This document shows, one piece after another, positions 1 through 12,727 of a stretch of DNA of 51,998 nt (position 1 is the stretch's first letter; each line of letters opens with the position of its first letter). Source of the stretch: Jimgerdemannia flammicorona. Lineage: Eukaryota. The stretch spans positions 1-51,998 of the forward strand of contig RBNJ01000022.1 of NCBI GenBank assembly GCA_003990765.1. Reading direction: 5' to 3'. The translations under genes and the position numbers were made by a program. The notes beneath the pieces are model-generated. The model was given only the letters and a program-made list of their open reading frames with translations, had not been told where the DNA came from and ran no database searches.

Positions 1-330
1 TCTATGATCTGTATCTAGGTATTCTATTTCTACTGTCTCTGGCCATATCTGTATCTAGGTGTTCTGTTTCTACTATATCTGGCTCTATCTGTATCTGGGT
101 ATTCTATATCTGACTATATCTATATCTGTGTATTCCATTCCTGCTGTATCTGGCCATATCTGTATCTGACTATATCTATATCTATATATTCTGTTCCTGC
201 TATATCTGGCTATATCTGTATCTGGGTATTCTGTTCCTACTATATCTGGCTGTATCTATATCTGGGTGTTCTGTTCCTGCTGTATCTGACTGTATCCATA
301 ATGCATATTCCATTCCTGCTATATCTAGTA
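1..330. repeat. Degenerate tandem repeat array (~35-45 bp units), probably subterminal repeats of a DNA transposon
   Basis: Recurrent unit resembling tatatctggctatatctgtatctgggtattctgttcct(a/g)c. The short ORFs here only reflect the repeat. Confidence 0.75.
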
Positions 331-759
331 TCTGATAACTGTAATTTATATATGGTATCCAGTATCACAAAATTGATATTTAATCTTCTATATATCTCTA
401 TCTCTAATGTCTCCATCTCCAGATATGGCTTTAACTTGTATATATATATATTTATTATCACTATGTTCATTATCTCCTCTGGTTCCCTGTTGCCTTTCCT
501 ACCATTAATATGCCTATCTATCAATATGCCCATATCTTTGTTTCAATCACATCATCTATATCATCTGTCTCAATTATTCATATCATCTGTCTCAATTATA
601 TCACCTCAATTATCTATCTCAATCATTCATATTATCCATCTTAATCATATTGCCCATCATCCATCTCAATCATATTACCCATCATTCATCTCAATTATAT
701 TGCTTTAATCATTTATATTATTTATAGTATTATTCATCTAAACTATATAGATATAATTC

Positions 760-1860
760 TAGATTTTCTTACCTTATACTGAAGGCTTTTTTATCAGTAG
801 TAGAGAATTGTCAGCTCTCAATGCAATTTGATTCTTTGTAAACTAGTATATGCTGATACTGTACCAGTGCAATCTGAAGAATTACTGGAGAATGCATCAC
901 AATTTCTAGAGAAATTCAATTAGAGAAAAAGAATATTTGAAGATACACCAAGGTGTTCAGTATCTCCAAGATTTATGTACTTCAGCATTATGAAAAGCAG
1001 ATTATAGATTTTGAAACATCAGATAACTTTGATACAGAATACACTAAGCATCAACAAATTACTAATACAAACAACCATATCTTTACACCAATAAGTGTAA
1101 TTATATTCCTCAGATGATTTAATATATATAGTGCAAAATTACTCTGGAGATGAAGCAGCAATATCTGGAGAGTTTGAACCCCTCTAACTCTATTGAAGAT
1201 ATATGCCAGTACCATTCTTTAGACTCTCAGACAAAAAACTCTCCAATATTTATATCATCAGCAGATATTTAATATAGTGTAAATCTGGAGCTATGTATTT
1301 GAAACTTTCTTCACAATCAACTATTTCAAGATGGGGAAGGGAGCCAACATAGAGTAAAGGAGTGCAATCTTCTAGAGCTGAAAAATCTATAGGTATTTAA
1401 TTTACTATTTAAGTAATAATTATTTATATTATTATTATTATATAGATTTCAGTTTTTCAGTTATTGAACCTTTATATGCCTACTATCTTTGGAGATAATA
1501 TAGTCACCCATCATATATGCCAATGCAATTCCAGTTTTTATGAATAGCCACAATATGACTGAATAGTACTGAATTAAAGAAAAATCTATTGATGTCTCTG
1601 ACTTTAATATTGTACAATTGAAATTATTGTTTACATATGAGTATGAAAGTAAAATATTTTATCTTGCTGGTATTCAGTACTTTAAAATGCTCAGTATACA
1701 TGATCCAGATACACATATGGTAATGTTAGAATGTACAGAATTATTTAAGGTTGTTCAAATTAGTGATATAGTATATAATGTTCATTTGATTCCATATTTT
1801 GACAGTACTTCTACTGCAAGCAATGCTTTAAGGGGAAAAAAGAGATGTTTATAGCTTTGA
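760..1860 (+). pseudogene. Degenerate Plavaka-type transposase, C-terminal part (copy A)
   Basis: Reads YEKQIIDFETSDNFDTEYTKHQ at ~990-1055 (cf. Plavaka FGT.DNFNTE..E..H) and LAGIQYF...IVYNVHLIPYFDS at 1618-1854. It is the reverse-complement homolog of 4170-4240 and 21320-21470. Many stops. Confidence 0.7.
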
Positions 1861-2980
1861 GAAATAACTTCTTAATTATTATAGTGACAGATATTCTTAC
1901 TTCAAGTTCATAATATTGTAATGCACAATGGCTCTCAGGGAGTAGATAACTAGTTGCAGTTGATGATTTGCTATTGGTGTTTAGTAGATAATTCTAGTGA
2001 GTGCCAGTGGTAGATTCATCAATAGTTCAACCATATTGATTCCTAGTTCCCAGTTGAGCAAATTACAGGAAGACCCACTCCCAGTCAGAATGACCCCAGC
2101 AAAGAGAAATTCAACCCAAATTCGGTACCTCAGTAAAATCAAGTCAAAACCGGAGACCGGTTCCCACGCTTTTATTGAATCGTTCGAGCTCAATTCGAAT
2201 CCCATGGATCTTCCCTTTAGAACAGAGCTTGCCAAGACTCTTGACAACATTCTCACCGAGTTTAATGAGATTATAACCCCTTTCCACAGAGATATACACC
2301 AAAATGTCAAGGAGACACCTCAAAATACACTACCGTGAGAAACTAGCCCATATCTGGAGAACCACCAAGGATCCTTGAGAGAAAATGCTTCCCAAAAATC
2401 TCCAGAAACCTCAGCTACAACCTATCCAAAGCTAAAGACCATTTCCCAATCCATTGACAAGTTATTCAAGTTCTCTCAAAACTTTGATAAAAACTTCAAG
2501 TCCAAATATCTCTACAACCAAGAGATATTTCAAGAAACAGAGATCAGAATAATTTTCTAGAAATTTGAGACTATCTCCATGCCAAGTTTTAAGAGGATAG
2601 CTCTATTCCTTAGAAATCTCACACTGCCCTCTTTCCATAATAAGGAAATCAGTCAGTATAGAGAAATCCGGATTTGGTTTGCCCACGTTCGGATTGCCGA
2701 GTCACACAAGAAGTACAGCCTTCATCCGAATCGAGTTACTGACCCACAGTATCGGATTGCCGAGTCACACAAGCAACCACTCTAATCAAATTTCAATAAA
2801 TCTACCACTGGCACTCACTAGAATTATCCATTAAACACCAAAGCAAATCATCAACCACAAATATTGTGCATTACAATATTATACAGAGAATATCTGGAGC
2901 TAATTAAACTTGAAATATGTATATCCGTCACTATAGTAATTAATAAGATATTTCTCAAAGCTATAGATATCTTTTTTTTT
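1836..2980. repeat. Imperfect inverted repeat (arms ~1836-2019 and ~2796-2980) around a ~780-bp spacer
   Basis: tagataattctagtgagtgccagtggtagatt pairs with aatctaccactggcactcactagaattatcca. tgtaatgcacaat (1917) pairs with attgtgcattaca (ends 2875). atagctttgagaaa pairs with tttctcaaagctat. Confidence 0.85.
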
Positions 2981-4165
2981 TAATGGACTCATAGTCCCAT
3001 GGATTTTTATTGGAATGGAACCTAGACTATAAAGGCCAAAACCCTCCCCCACTACCCACCAAACAATATCCCCCCATTAATCTAGGCTACTAAATTGTCC
3101 AGCAGTCCTACCACTCCAGCTATGCCTGTCAAATACTGGCTACATTGACCCCTATGATATAGACCAGATTTGTCTGCTCACCAGGGCTGGATCATCATTT
3201 ACATGTGAGAGCACACCTATGTGTCAGATCTAGCAGTACCAGGACTGAATAAAGAATAGCCCCCTGAACCTCAACAGAAAGCCCAAGGCAAAGAAAAAAC
3301 CCCTCAACCAATCAACAGAGAGCAAAGTAGATTCAAAGTGGGTGAGTAAAGGACTTATATGCAAAACCTTCCACAAAGGACTTACACATGGGCTAGGGCC
3401 AGAAAAGACCTCACTCCCACTCCCCAAGTCTGCGGACCTTGATCATATTACCATGTCAGCTCCTGGTTCCAGTCAGGTACTGCCAAATGAGGAAGGCTCC
3501 ACTCCCCAAGCCTGCAGGCCTTGATCGCATTGCTGTGTCAGCTCCCAGTTCCAGTTGGGTATAGCCAGGACACCAGCCTCTGCACTACTCCACCCCCTAC
3601 CAGCCAATCAAAAGGCCCCTTCAAAATATTATCTGCCCTAACCCCGATGACCACCCCCAGCCTGGTACCCCACTGGTTCACTGTTATCGCCCATCCTCCT
3701 ATCTGTGATGGCCATCTCTCCTCCCATCCTGACAACATCCGAAAAACAGTCACCTATGCCAGAACTGTACTCACCAGGAAGCTTGCCAAAGCCAGAGAGC
3801 TCTACCACAGACACCAAGGACCTGCAGGTAACCTATACTAAGCACTTGATGCCCAAGGTTGGCCAACTCCCTACATAGCCCAAGACACACTGAGACAGCA
3901 CCTTGTTGGCAATGGCAAAAGGAAGAAGGCACTGCACCAAAACAGATATACTCCAGATACAGCCAAAGACACTAGAAACTGCGAAAAAGTGGAGAAGGCA
4001 CCGATCCGATACTGATAAAGGGGCAACTCATCATCATTGCCCTCCTTCCACCATGCCCATGCAGATACAGCAAACCAATCCAAGGTAGAGGAGATAATAA
4101 TAGGGGAAAGGTAACTCAGAAGGTTGCCTACCAAACCTTGTGACCGGTAAGGTAGTAGAGAAAGG
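2972..4165 (-). mobile_element. Probable 5'-truncated non-LTR retrotransposon (LINE) 3' fragment inserted in Plavaka copy B
   Basis: Poly-T at 2972-2981 (A-tail on the minus strand), preceded on that strand by AATAAA. The minus strand is G-rich like the LINE at 12649-18504. Plavaka homology to 1770-1860 resumes on both sides. No clear RT motif seen. Confidence 0.55.
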
Positions 4166-4169
4166 AGCT

Positions 4170-4496
4170 GTTTTTTAGAGAATTGCTTGCAGTAGAAGAA
4201 CTATCAAAGTATGAAATCAAATGAACATTACAATTGTACTTATAAAACTATGTTTCTGCAATAAAGCTAATTTTGTGCAAATATCAAAAACTTGATTTAA
4301 AGACTGTAAAATATCACAAATGTATTCCTGTCACTGTGGATATTTAGCAAGTATCTATCAAAACTGTAATAATCTCTCTTTTTAGTAAAAACATCTCTTG
4401 CACTCTACCAAGTTTCAAAAAGTAGGATAAGGTGAACTTGATGCACAATAGTATCAACTTCAATTACTTTATAGCTGTTTATATATTTTAGAATAT
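4170..4496 (-). pseudogene. Plavaka transposase copy B, C-terminal segment (continues at 20662)
   Basis: aattgcttgcagtagaagaactatcaaagtatgaaatcaaatgaacatta is the reverse complement of the ..NVHLIPYFDSTSTASN.. region of copy A (1775-1825). Confidence 0.65.
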
Positions 4497-5849
4497 TGTG
4501 ACAAGCCAAGACATACCACCTGAATCATATCTTAACCAGATGACGCGAACAAAGATGACATGAACACACAGCTTAGTAACCAGCAACCATTGCTGCGGAA
4601 ATTGTATAAATAGCCAGACATACCAGAAAGGGTCTGTTTACCTGTACAGACTCTGTACACTGTACAGGTCCTGTACACCGTACAGACTCTGTACATCTGC
4701 CATAAGTAGCAGATCTATAGTTAGCCACATAGTAACCAGATAGCAACCAACTTGTATAAATTACCCCAGAGACAAGAGTGAATAAACCTCAGTCCGAATT
4801 GAAGTGCAAATCAAGAAGCCTCTAAAGATTAAGCAATTGGTCCCCTTATTCCCACTCCGGTCCACTTTCCGATACAAAGCTGATTTTGCCACCTAAGTTC
4901 AAGAAGAACTTCGCCGCCTTTGGAACTATTGGTTTGCTTGCCAGATAAGCCTGAAGATTTGCCACCTAAGTTCAAGGAGAACTTTGCTGCCTTTTGAGTA
5001 ATTCACCGCTTAAGGAATAAGCTGCCATTTTCAAGTTATCCGCATTCCCAGAGAAAGCCGCCTTGCCCAAGCCAGTTTCTGACGCAACTTTGTAGTGATC
5101 CGTTTGTGCAAACGAAGCCAGTCTAGACATAACTTGCCAAGAATCCAAGATATTTCCCAGAAGCCCGCTGATTCAGGAAAATCCATGCCATCTGCCGTTT
5201 TCAAGTTATCCACTGTATTCCCAGTTAAAGCCACCGATTCAGAAGAAATCCGTGCCATCGTATCCCCAGAAGAGCCCAATTTGGAAGAACTCGTGCCATT
5301 CGAATAGTATTCCCAGTTAAAGCCACTGATTTAGGAAGAATCCACGCCATCCAAGTTATTCATTGTTCCCAGTGAGCCTGAGTTATTGAGTTACCCGCCA
5401 CCAGTCTTATTCCAGAAGAAGAACCCGCGCCCTACATTCCCAGTGAGCCAAATCAAGTTATCCACCGAATTATCAGAACATCCCGCATAAGGAATCCACC
5501 ACGCTATACAGAGATCATCACGCAGGAACCATATAAGGAGAACTGCTAAATTGCCAGATCGTCATGCAGAAATCAGAGATCGTCACTCAAGAAGGAAACC
5601 GCTCACGCTACACAAATTGTACCATTCCCAGTTGACTCAAGAAGGAAGTCCATTCACACACAAATCGCCGCTACACCCAGAGAACCATCCCAAAAAGGAA
5701 ACCGCTCGCATAGTATCCAGATCTTGACTATTATACTGCTAAACACCAAGAACATTTTGTTGCTTTTTGACAAAAGTAACTGGGGGCTCAAGCCAAACTA
5801 CATCAACCCCCAACCTTGTAATTTGAATCCATTGAGCTGGCATGTTACA
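4497..5849 (+). repeat. 5' LTR (1353 bp)
   Basis: Starts tgtgacaagccaagac and ends gttaca. Direct repeat of 19292-20661. TATAAATA at 4605-4612, 18-bp gtacagactctgtacac-type repeats, and internal ~36-bp direct repeats at ~4886 and ~4958. Confidence 0.96.
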
Positions 5850-5851
5850 TT

Positions 5852-5868
5852 TGGGGGCTCAACTGGGA
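5852..5868 (+). promoter_or_regulatory. Primer binding site complementary to the tRNA-Pro 3' end
   Basis: TGGGGGCTCAACTGGGA lies 2 nt after the LTR and resembles the MLV tRNA-Pro PBS TGGGGGCTCGTCCGGGA. Confidence 0.8.
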
Positions 5869-5899
5869 AGATTTCAAAATTGACGTGACTTTTCAGCTC

Positions 5900-7344
5900 A
5901 CAAGAACCCACAGTCAAACTGGATACATTTGATACAACACCAATTTCCACCACTACAGGAGAACCAGTCATCACTAGCATTTGGACAGGAAGAGAAGTAA
6001 TCACCTCAAGACTTGCCAACTACCCAGCATCAGAAGGATCCCAACCAGAAGCAGGAGGCAGTACAGCCCGAAATCCTCAACCAGATCAAGCAGACAATAC
6101 AGGCAGCCCTGCTAGAGATTTTGGAGAACTTGCACAAGAGCTAGAAGACCTTATCACACAGGCCCAATACTTCACAGCCAGACACCCCACACTAGTCCCA
6201 CCAATCTCATCAATAGAACCCCTACCACAACCCCTTGCAGAACCAGAAGTAGCTCCTACAAGAATACCTAGGCCTATTCCACTTCGCCCAAAATCCAGAA
6301 CACCATCCTCAGGATACCCAAGCACCCCCATCTCCAGTGACAGTTCAGAAAGTGAATCAGAATCGGAATCCGAACCTGAACCAGAATCAGAAGAAAGTGA
6401 TGAAGAAATGGCCACCTCATTGCCAATCTTTGCAGGATATCCGGAAGAAGACCCCAGAGAATTCCTTGATGGAATCAAAGGAATCGCAGTCTTGAGGAAT
6501 CTCTCAGATGAAAGAAAAATTGCCATCTACAAAGCTCAGCTCAGAGAACCAGCCAGAGGAATTTTTCACTGAACAACAAACAACCCAGATTCAGAATTAG
6601 CAAGACAGATACAAGCAGCAGCCTCCTATGAGCTAGAATATCAGGCCATAGTCTACTGGCTCATAGAAAAGTATGCAGGAAATGAAACCCACCATAAGGC
6701 TCAGGAATCCATCATGGGAATGAAGATGAATCTTGGAGAATCACCCAGAGCCTTCTTCACAAGAATTGCATTCTGCCAGGTTCAATGCCACCAATCAAGA
6801 CATCATAGGCCCAATGACCTTCATGAATGGAATTCCCCTGAATATTGCCCAGCATATCCGCACCCTAGGCATCAGAAGGTCCGAAGAGCAAGTATTTGCA
6901 GCCCAAGAATTCTTTGATGTCAGGCAAGGAACCACCTGGAGTGATCATGATAAGAAGGAAGATAAAGAAGATATCCTGGTCAAGGCCCTGCAAGGACTCC
7001 TTCAAGGGCAAGAAAGGACCGAAGAAAGAAGGCCAGCTAAGGAAGGAAAGAAGAATAGAAGCAAAATCCAAGACCTCAGCTCCAAGTTGGACTGATTGGT
7101 TGGACAGATTGAAAAACTCACTACACGCGAAAATCGGAGCTACCAAGACAATAGAGGATACCCACCACAGAGGAGTCAAGGTTATCCACCAAGAGATAAC
7201 AGGAATTACCAGCAAGAAGAAAGAAGGTGCTCTGTCCAAGACAGAGCCCAAGTCCAATGCTTCTACTGTGGACAATTCGGACACTATGCCACTGAATGTG
7301 ACAACAAAAGAAGTGACCGAAGAGACACAGAACCACCAAACTGA
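5900..7344 (+). pseudogene. gag: Gag (capsid-like region plus CCHC zinc knuckle), with stops and a frameshift
   Basis: LPIFAGYPEEDPREFL at ~6420, MNLGESPRAFFTR, and CFYCGQFGHYATEC (CX2CX4HX4C) at ~7258-7300. The start position is approximate. Confidence 0.85.
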
Positions 7345-8270
7345 AGGAATGACACTCAGTACAAGAAGACTGAAGCCCATCCTGTTGAAGATTTCGAGGA
7401 AGCAAGCAACAGTGAAGACTACAGTGACCTAGACTTGTACCCTACCAAGGTTATCACCCGAAAGACAGTTTACCCAGCAGAAAAAAGAAAGAGACCTGTG
7501 GGAAGACCATCCAGGAACATCAGCAGAAGAATTATTCAAGAAGAAGACGAAGAACATGAGGAGGAACAAGTAGAAACACCTCCCCGAACCCCCTCACCTT
7601 TTGTCCCCGAGACAAATGAGTTGCTACCAGAAGATGAAGAAATGGAACAAGAAGAACGGGAACCTGCTGCTCCAAAGCCTAAAAAGAAGTACACCCCAAA
7701 GACCATGCCTAGAGATATCTACAATGAAGCCTGGCAGAAGATTCAAGAAGCTAAGATGGAAGTCCCCCTCCTGCAGTTCTTGCAATTGATACCAGCAGGA
7801 GTCCGAAACAAATTGCTGAGAACCACAAGGTCTAGCACTGGCCGAGTTCCAATCCCAGAGCAAGAACCAGCTCCTATCCCTGTTCAAGCAGCTGAAAGAC
7901 ATGTCAGCACCTATCTACATGGAGATATTGGAGGACAAAAAGCAAAAATCCTCATAGACACAGGAGCAGCTGTCTGTGTCATTGCCAAATAATTCCTGGA
8001 CACCCTCCAATGGCCCATTGATGGACCATCCAACCTCAGCATCATAGTGGCAGATGGAGCCCGAACTCAACCTCTTGGAGAAGTACGAAATATCACCATC
8101 TCCCTTGGACACATTCAGTTCTCCATCCCCAAAGCTGTGTCACAGAAGCTGTCACCTACGACATGATTCTTGGCACCAACTGGATGAAGGAAATGAATGC
8201 AGTTGTTGATATTGGCCAACAAGTACTCAAGTTTGACTACCGAGGCAAGAAGTACAGAGTTAAGGTGACC
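7345..8270 (+). pseudogene. pol: Retropepsin aspartic protease region
   Basis: ILIDTGAAVC (DTG at 7957), then VADG and DMILGTNWM. In frame with gag apart from a TGA that is probably a mutated CGA. Confidence 0.88.
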
Positions 8271-9579
8271 AGCTATGAGCAATCAAAGAAAAAGAAGAAG
8301 GTCACTATTCAAGAAGAATATGCCAGCAGTGAGGAGTCTACTACAGAAGAGGAAGAAGAATCTGAAGATGGAAATGATCCTAGACTCAATCCCCGAATCA
8401 ACCTGGTGGATGACAGACCAGAAGACAATGTGTGGGCCAAGAACACTATCCCTATCACAATTGGAGCCATTGCAGGAGAAGCCAAAGGATGCCCTACATG
8501 CCTCAAGAGACACAAGTGTCCCAAACATTCCTCCAAGGTCATGGGAATAAGGAAATCACCTGGCACAGCCTACCCAGAGTGCAGAAGGAAGAAGAAAAGA
8601 TGCAGACATGTTCCAGAAACCCCTACAACCGAAGCTGCAGAAGTACAAGCAATTTGGGGTCAAGAATCATCTGAGGAAGAAGAAACTTCTGACCAAGAAG
8701 TTCCTGAACAAGAAGCACCTGATGAAGAAGAAGTCCCTGAACTCATCCCCTGGGATGACCCTTGCTGGACACCACCTGAAGACAATGACCCCTGGAATAC
8801 AGAGGAAGGACCCAGTACCATCACCATTATTCCCAAGAAAGAAACCCACCAAGAAAAAGCTTTCCGGCTAGGAAGATGTCCACATCAAATGGTCTTCTAC
8901 TCTCCCCAAGACTACTGCTATCAGTGTCATCTGTTGGACCAACAAGAAAGACAGAGACCCCAGAAACCAGAACCCCCAACTACTCTTGCACAGTCTACTA
9001 CCTTTCAAGAAGTCACCACAAGGTTGTAAAGTCAATTTAGAGGACAAGGCTTCTTTACCCGAACAGAAATATATCCCTTGTCTACCCTTCCACCCACTTA
9101 TGATCAAGATGGATACCGATTGCCAAGACAACAGGAGATAAACAGCCAGGAATACCATTTCTGAGCAATGGGATATTGCAACCATGGGAGACACCCTGAC
9201 TGCTGAGACTGCAGACATCAGAAGATTCACCTCAGTCATGATGTTGTGGTGCACACTTTGAGGAAAGGAGATAACCGAAGTCAGATCCGAAAAAGCCAGA
9301 TTCAAAAAAGCCAGACCAAAAAGTCAGGAAGAAGAATCCTCAAGAACTACGATTTGGGAGAAGACATCCTAGCTCTCATCAGACATGCAACCTGCCAAGG
9401 ATGGACAGAAGATGCTATCAACTTCATAGAAGCCCTTGACCCTACAGGAAGAAGGGGAATCAATTACCTCCGAGACCCCTCTACTGGAGCCAGATGGCCA
9501 CACCTCAACCTCAGAGCCTGGAGGCTCTCTGCCAGTGGAGCTTCAGCCTTAGGAAAGCCCGAACTCAGCAAGGATATTG

Positions 9580-9990
9580 CCCAGTATGCCCTGCTGCACC
9601 CCAAGGCCAAACCCCCGACCAAAGTCCACCCAGAGGATGTAGGATATGATCTTCATAGCCTGGAGGATGAATCTATCAAGCCTGGAAAAACCTTCATGAT
9701 CAGAACTGGATTAGCCATGCAGCCACCTCAAGGAGCTTATATTCAACTGACCTCAAGGTCTGGACTTGCCAGACAAGGGATAACTGTAGAAGGAGGAACC
9801 ATTGACCCTGGATAATAGGCGAAATCAAGGTCATCCTACATAACAGCAGTGTAGAATGGCACCGAATCATTAGAGGACAGAAGATTGCCCAAGCAGTCTT
9901 CATGAAGGTCAAGACCCCATAGTTACAGGAAGTCTCTGAACTAACTGAAGGAATAAGGCAAGCCAAAGGATTTGGAAGTTCAGACAGGAA
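9580..9990 (+). pseudogene. dut: Trimeric dUTPase domain within pol (frameshift near 9813)
   Basis: All five dUTPase motifs are visible: VGYDL, SRSGLA, GGTIDPG/GEIKVIL, GQKIAQ, R.AKGFGSS. Confidence 0.92.
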
Positions 9991-10392
9991 GGAGGTGCAT
10001 CTCCTTCAAGTCAACCACCTCAAGAGGAATGTTCCCCAGCAAGTGTACTGGCAACCAGTTAGACTGCACAAGAATCTCATCCTGGAGCCCGGAGAACAAA
10101 CTACCTTCGAAATCTTTGCACCACCTGACCCCAGAAACCTTTTCTTCGAACCCAAGGAAGACATTCCACATCTGGACATAGAGGGACACACATTCTCTGA
10201 CAAAATGAACCTGGTACACTCCCGAGCAACCAACCAAAGTTGGGAGACCATCATCTTGCCAAAAGGAACCATCATAGGACATCTGGTGCCTTTTCTCAAT
10301 CAAACTCATAGGGAAGTTTATGAACTAAACCTATCGGAAAATGGCAAAAGGTCCCAGAAGAAAGGAAAGGCCTCTCTGCAACCCAGGAGACA

Positions 10393-11808
10393 GTGAAGCC
10401 TTCCACCAACATTGGAGAAGAATTGACACCTCAACAACAGCAACAACTAGTAGAACTTCTCAACAAATATCAAGATATCTTCACCACCGATTATGGCAAC
10501 CTGCCATACAATCCATCATATCATCACAGTATAAATACAGGAAGTGCAACACCCATCCGGCAGAAACCCTATAGAATACCCCATCACTTGAAAACATTCG
10601 AAAAGGAGCACATCCAAGAACTCTTAGACAATAGAGTCATCCGACTCTCTACCAGCCCCTGGGCCAGCCCTATACTTATTGTACCAAAGAAAGGAGGATG
10701 GAGACTCTGTGTGGATTACAGAAAACTCAACTCAGTTACCGAAAAGGATGCTTATCCTTTACCCAGAATTGATGACCTTTTGGACCAGTTAAAAGATGCC
10801 AGATACTTCAGCAGTATGGACCTCTTCGCAGGATTCCATGAGATCCCCATGGACCCTAAGGACATTCAAAAGACAGCCTTCCTTGCTCTAGGAAAACTGT
10901 TTGAATACCTCCGAATGCCCTTTGGACTCTGCAATGCACCCCCCACCTTTCAGAGGATGATGAATTCGGTCTATGCTTCCTTGATCCACCACTGTCTGAT
11001 TGTATACATGGATGATTCCAACATCTATTCAGCAAATTTCGAAGAACACCTGCACTACCTAGAGGAATTCTTCAAGCTCACCCACAAGAATCACTTGAGA
11101 TTGAATGCAAAGAAATGCTACTTTGGGAAACAGAAACTTGAATTCTTAGGATTTATGGTTTCAAAGGAAGGAACTCATGCAGACCCAAAGAAAACTGAGA
11201 AGATTAACAATTGGCCAGTACCTACGACTCCAAAGGAAACACTATCATTCTTGATGCTAGTATCCTACTACAGAAGGTTTATCAAAGATTTTGCCCAAAT
11301 TGCTGCCCCAATCCAAATCCTTCTCAGGAAAGGAGTTCCATTCAAATGGACAGAATCACAAGGAAAAGCCTTCAGAGAACTCAAGAACCGCATGACTACA
11401 GCACCAATCCTTGTACGCCCCAATCTACAGAAGCCATTCATCTTGTATACAGATGCTTCCAAAGATGGCCTCAGGGCAGTACTGTCTCAAGAAGGACCCG
11501 ATCAACAGCACCATTTGATAGCTTATGCAAGCAGGACCACCAACTAGCAGCAGATGAACTATGGTAGCACCAAACTGGAATGCCTTATAGTCATATGGGC
11601 GGTCACCCTGTTCAAGTATTACCTTATCGGAAAAAGATTCACCCTGATCACAGACCATGCAGCCCTCAAATGGCTATTCAACCACAAGGAATCTGCCGGA
11701 ATCCTAGCCCACTGGATCCTTATCCTTCAGGATTACAAAATCACCATCATCCACAAAGCAGGGAAAGCCTACAACAATGTTGATGTACTTTCCCGCCAGC
11801 CCCAATGA
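10393..11808 (+). pseudogene. pol: Reverse transcriptase + RNase H (one internal stop at 11545-11547)
   Basis: SPWASP, RLCVDYRKLN, YPLPRIDDLL, MPFGLCNAP, YMDD (11005-11016), YTDAS, TKLECL, TDHAAL. Confidence 0.97.
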
Positions 11809-12727
11809 ATCAGAGGAAGGGTGTCCCAAGGAACCACACCCTAAAGGAAGCTCCTCAGACTATCAAAGCACAAGAAAATCTCATATGAAAAGAACATCAG
11901 AAAACTCACCAAGGACAGATAAGTATAGAAGACAGGATTCGAAAACAATATCAACATTGGCCCCACCTCAGAACTCAAGTCCAGGACATCATCCAGAAAT
12001 GTGACATCTGCCAGAAGTACCAAGGGAAGAAGAACTATCAAGCCCCTCTGCAACCAATTCCCCCACCTACTCACATCTTTCAAAGATGGGGAGTAGATGT
12101 AATTGGACCTCTACCAGTTACACCAAGAAGAAACAAATACATCCTTGTATTTGTAGAACATCTGACCAAGTGGCCTGAGGCTTTCCCAATGGAAATCACA
12201 GATGCCTTAACCATTGTAGGCCTCCTCCATGGACTCACACTCAGATATGGACCTCCAGAAGAACTCATCTCTGACCGAGGCACAGAATTCATCAACAATA
12301 TAATCACAAGTTATGCCCGAATTCACAAGATCTACCTCAAAAGGACTACATCATACCACCCCCAGACCAATGGCATGACAGAGAGAATGAAACAAACCAT
12401 CAAGAAGAGACTTGCCGAGTCAATCCTACTAATTGGGACCTCTGCTTACCCGAGATCCTATGGGAAATTCAGAACACTCCTGCCACGTCCACCAAACAAA
12501 AGCCATTCGAAATGATGTTTGCCAAGAAAACCAGAACTGCTGACCATGAGAATCTCAGAGACCTCCTCAAGAAGGCAGAATAGTTATGAAATCAAGCCCA
12601 AGGACAGATTATCAAAGCCCAGGAAAGACAAAAGAAGTACTATAACCACCTTTCTCTGGTAACATTCAGGTTACACAATCTTTGGCAACACTTTCGATAC
12701 AGTTTCTGGAGAAAAGCTACTAGTATT

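Noticed and set aside
240-708. ORFs 240-533 and 301-708
   Set aside because: Translations of low-complexity repeats.
5031-5307. Sense and antisense ORFs inside the LTR (also 19823-20107)
   Set aside because: Short, no motifs, and recurrence is explained by LTR duplication; the sense frame is broken in the 3' LTR.
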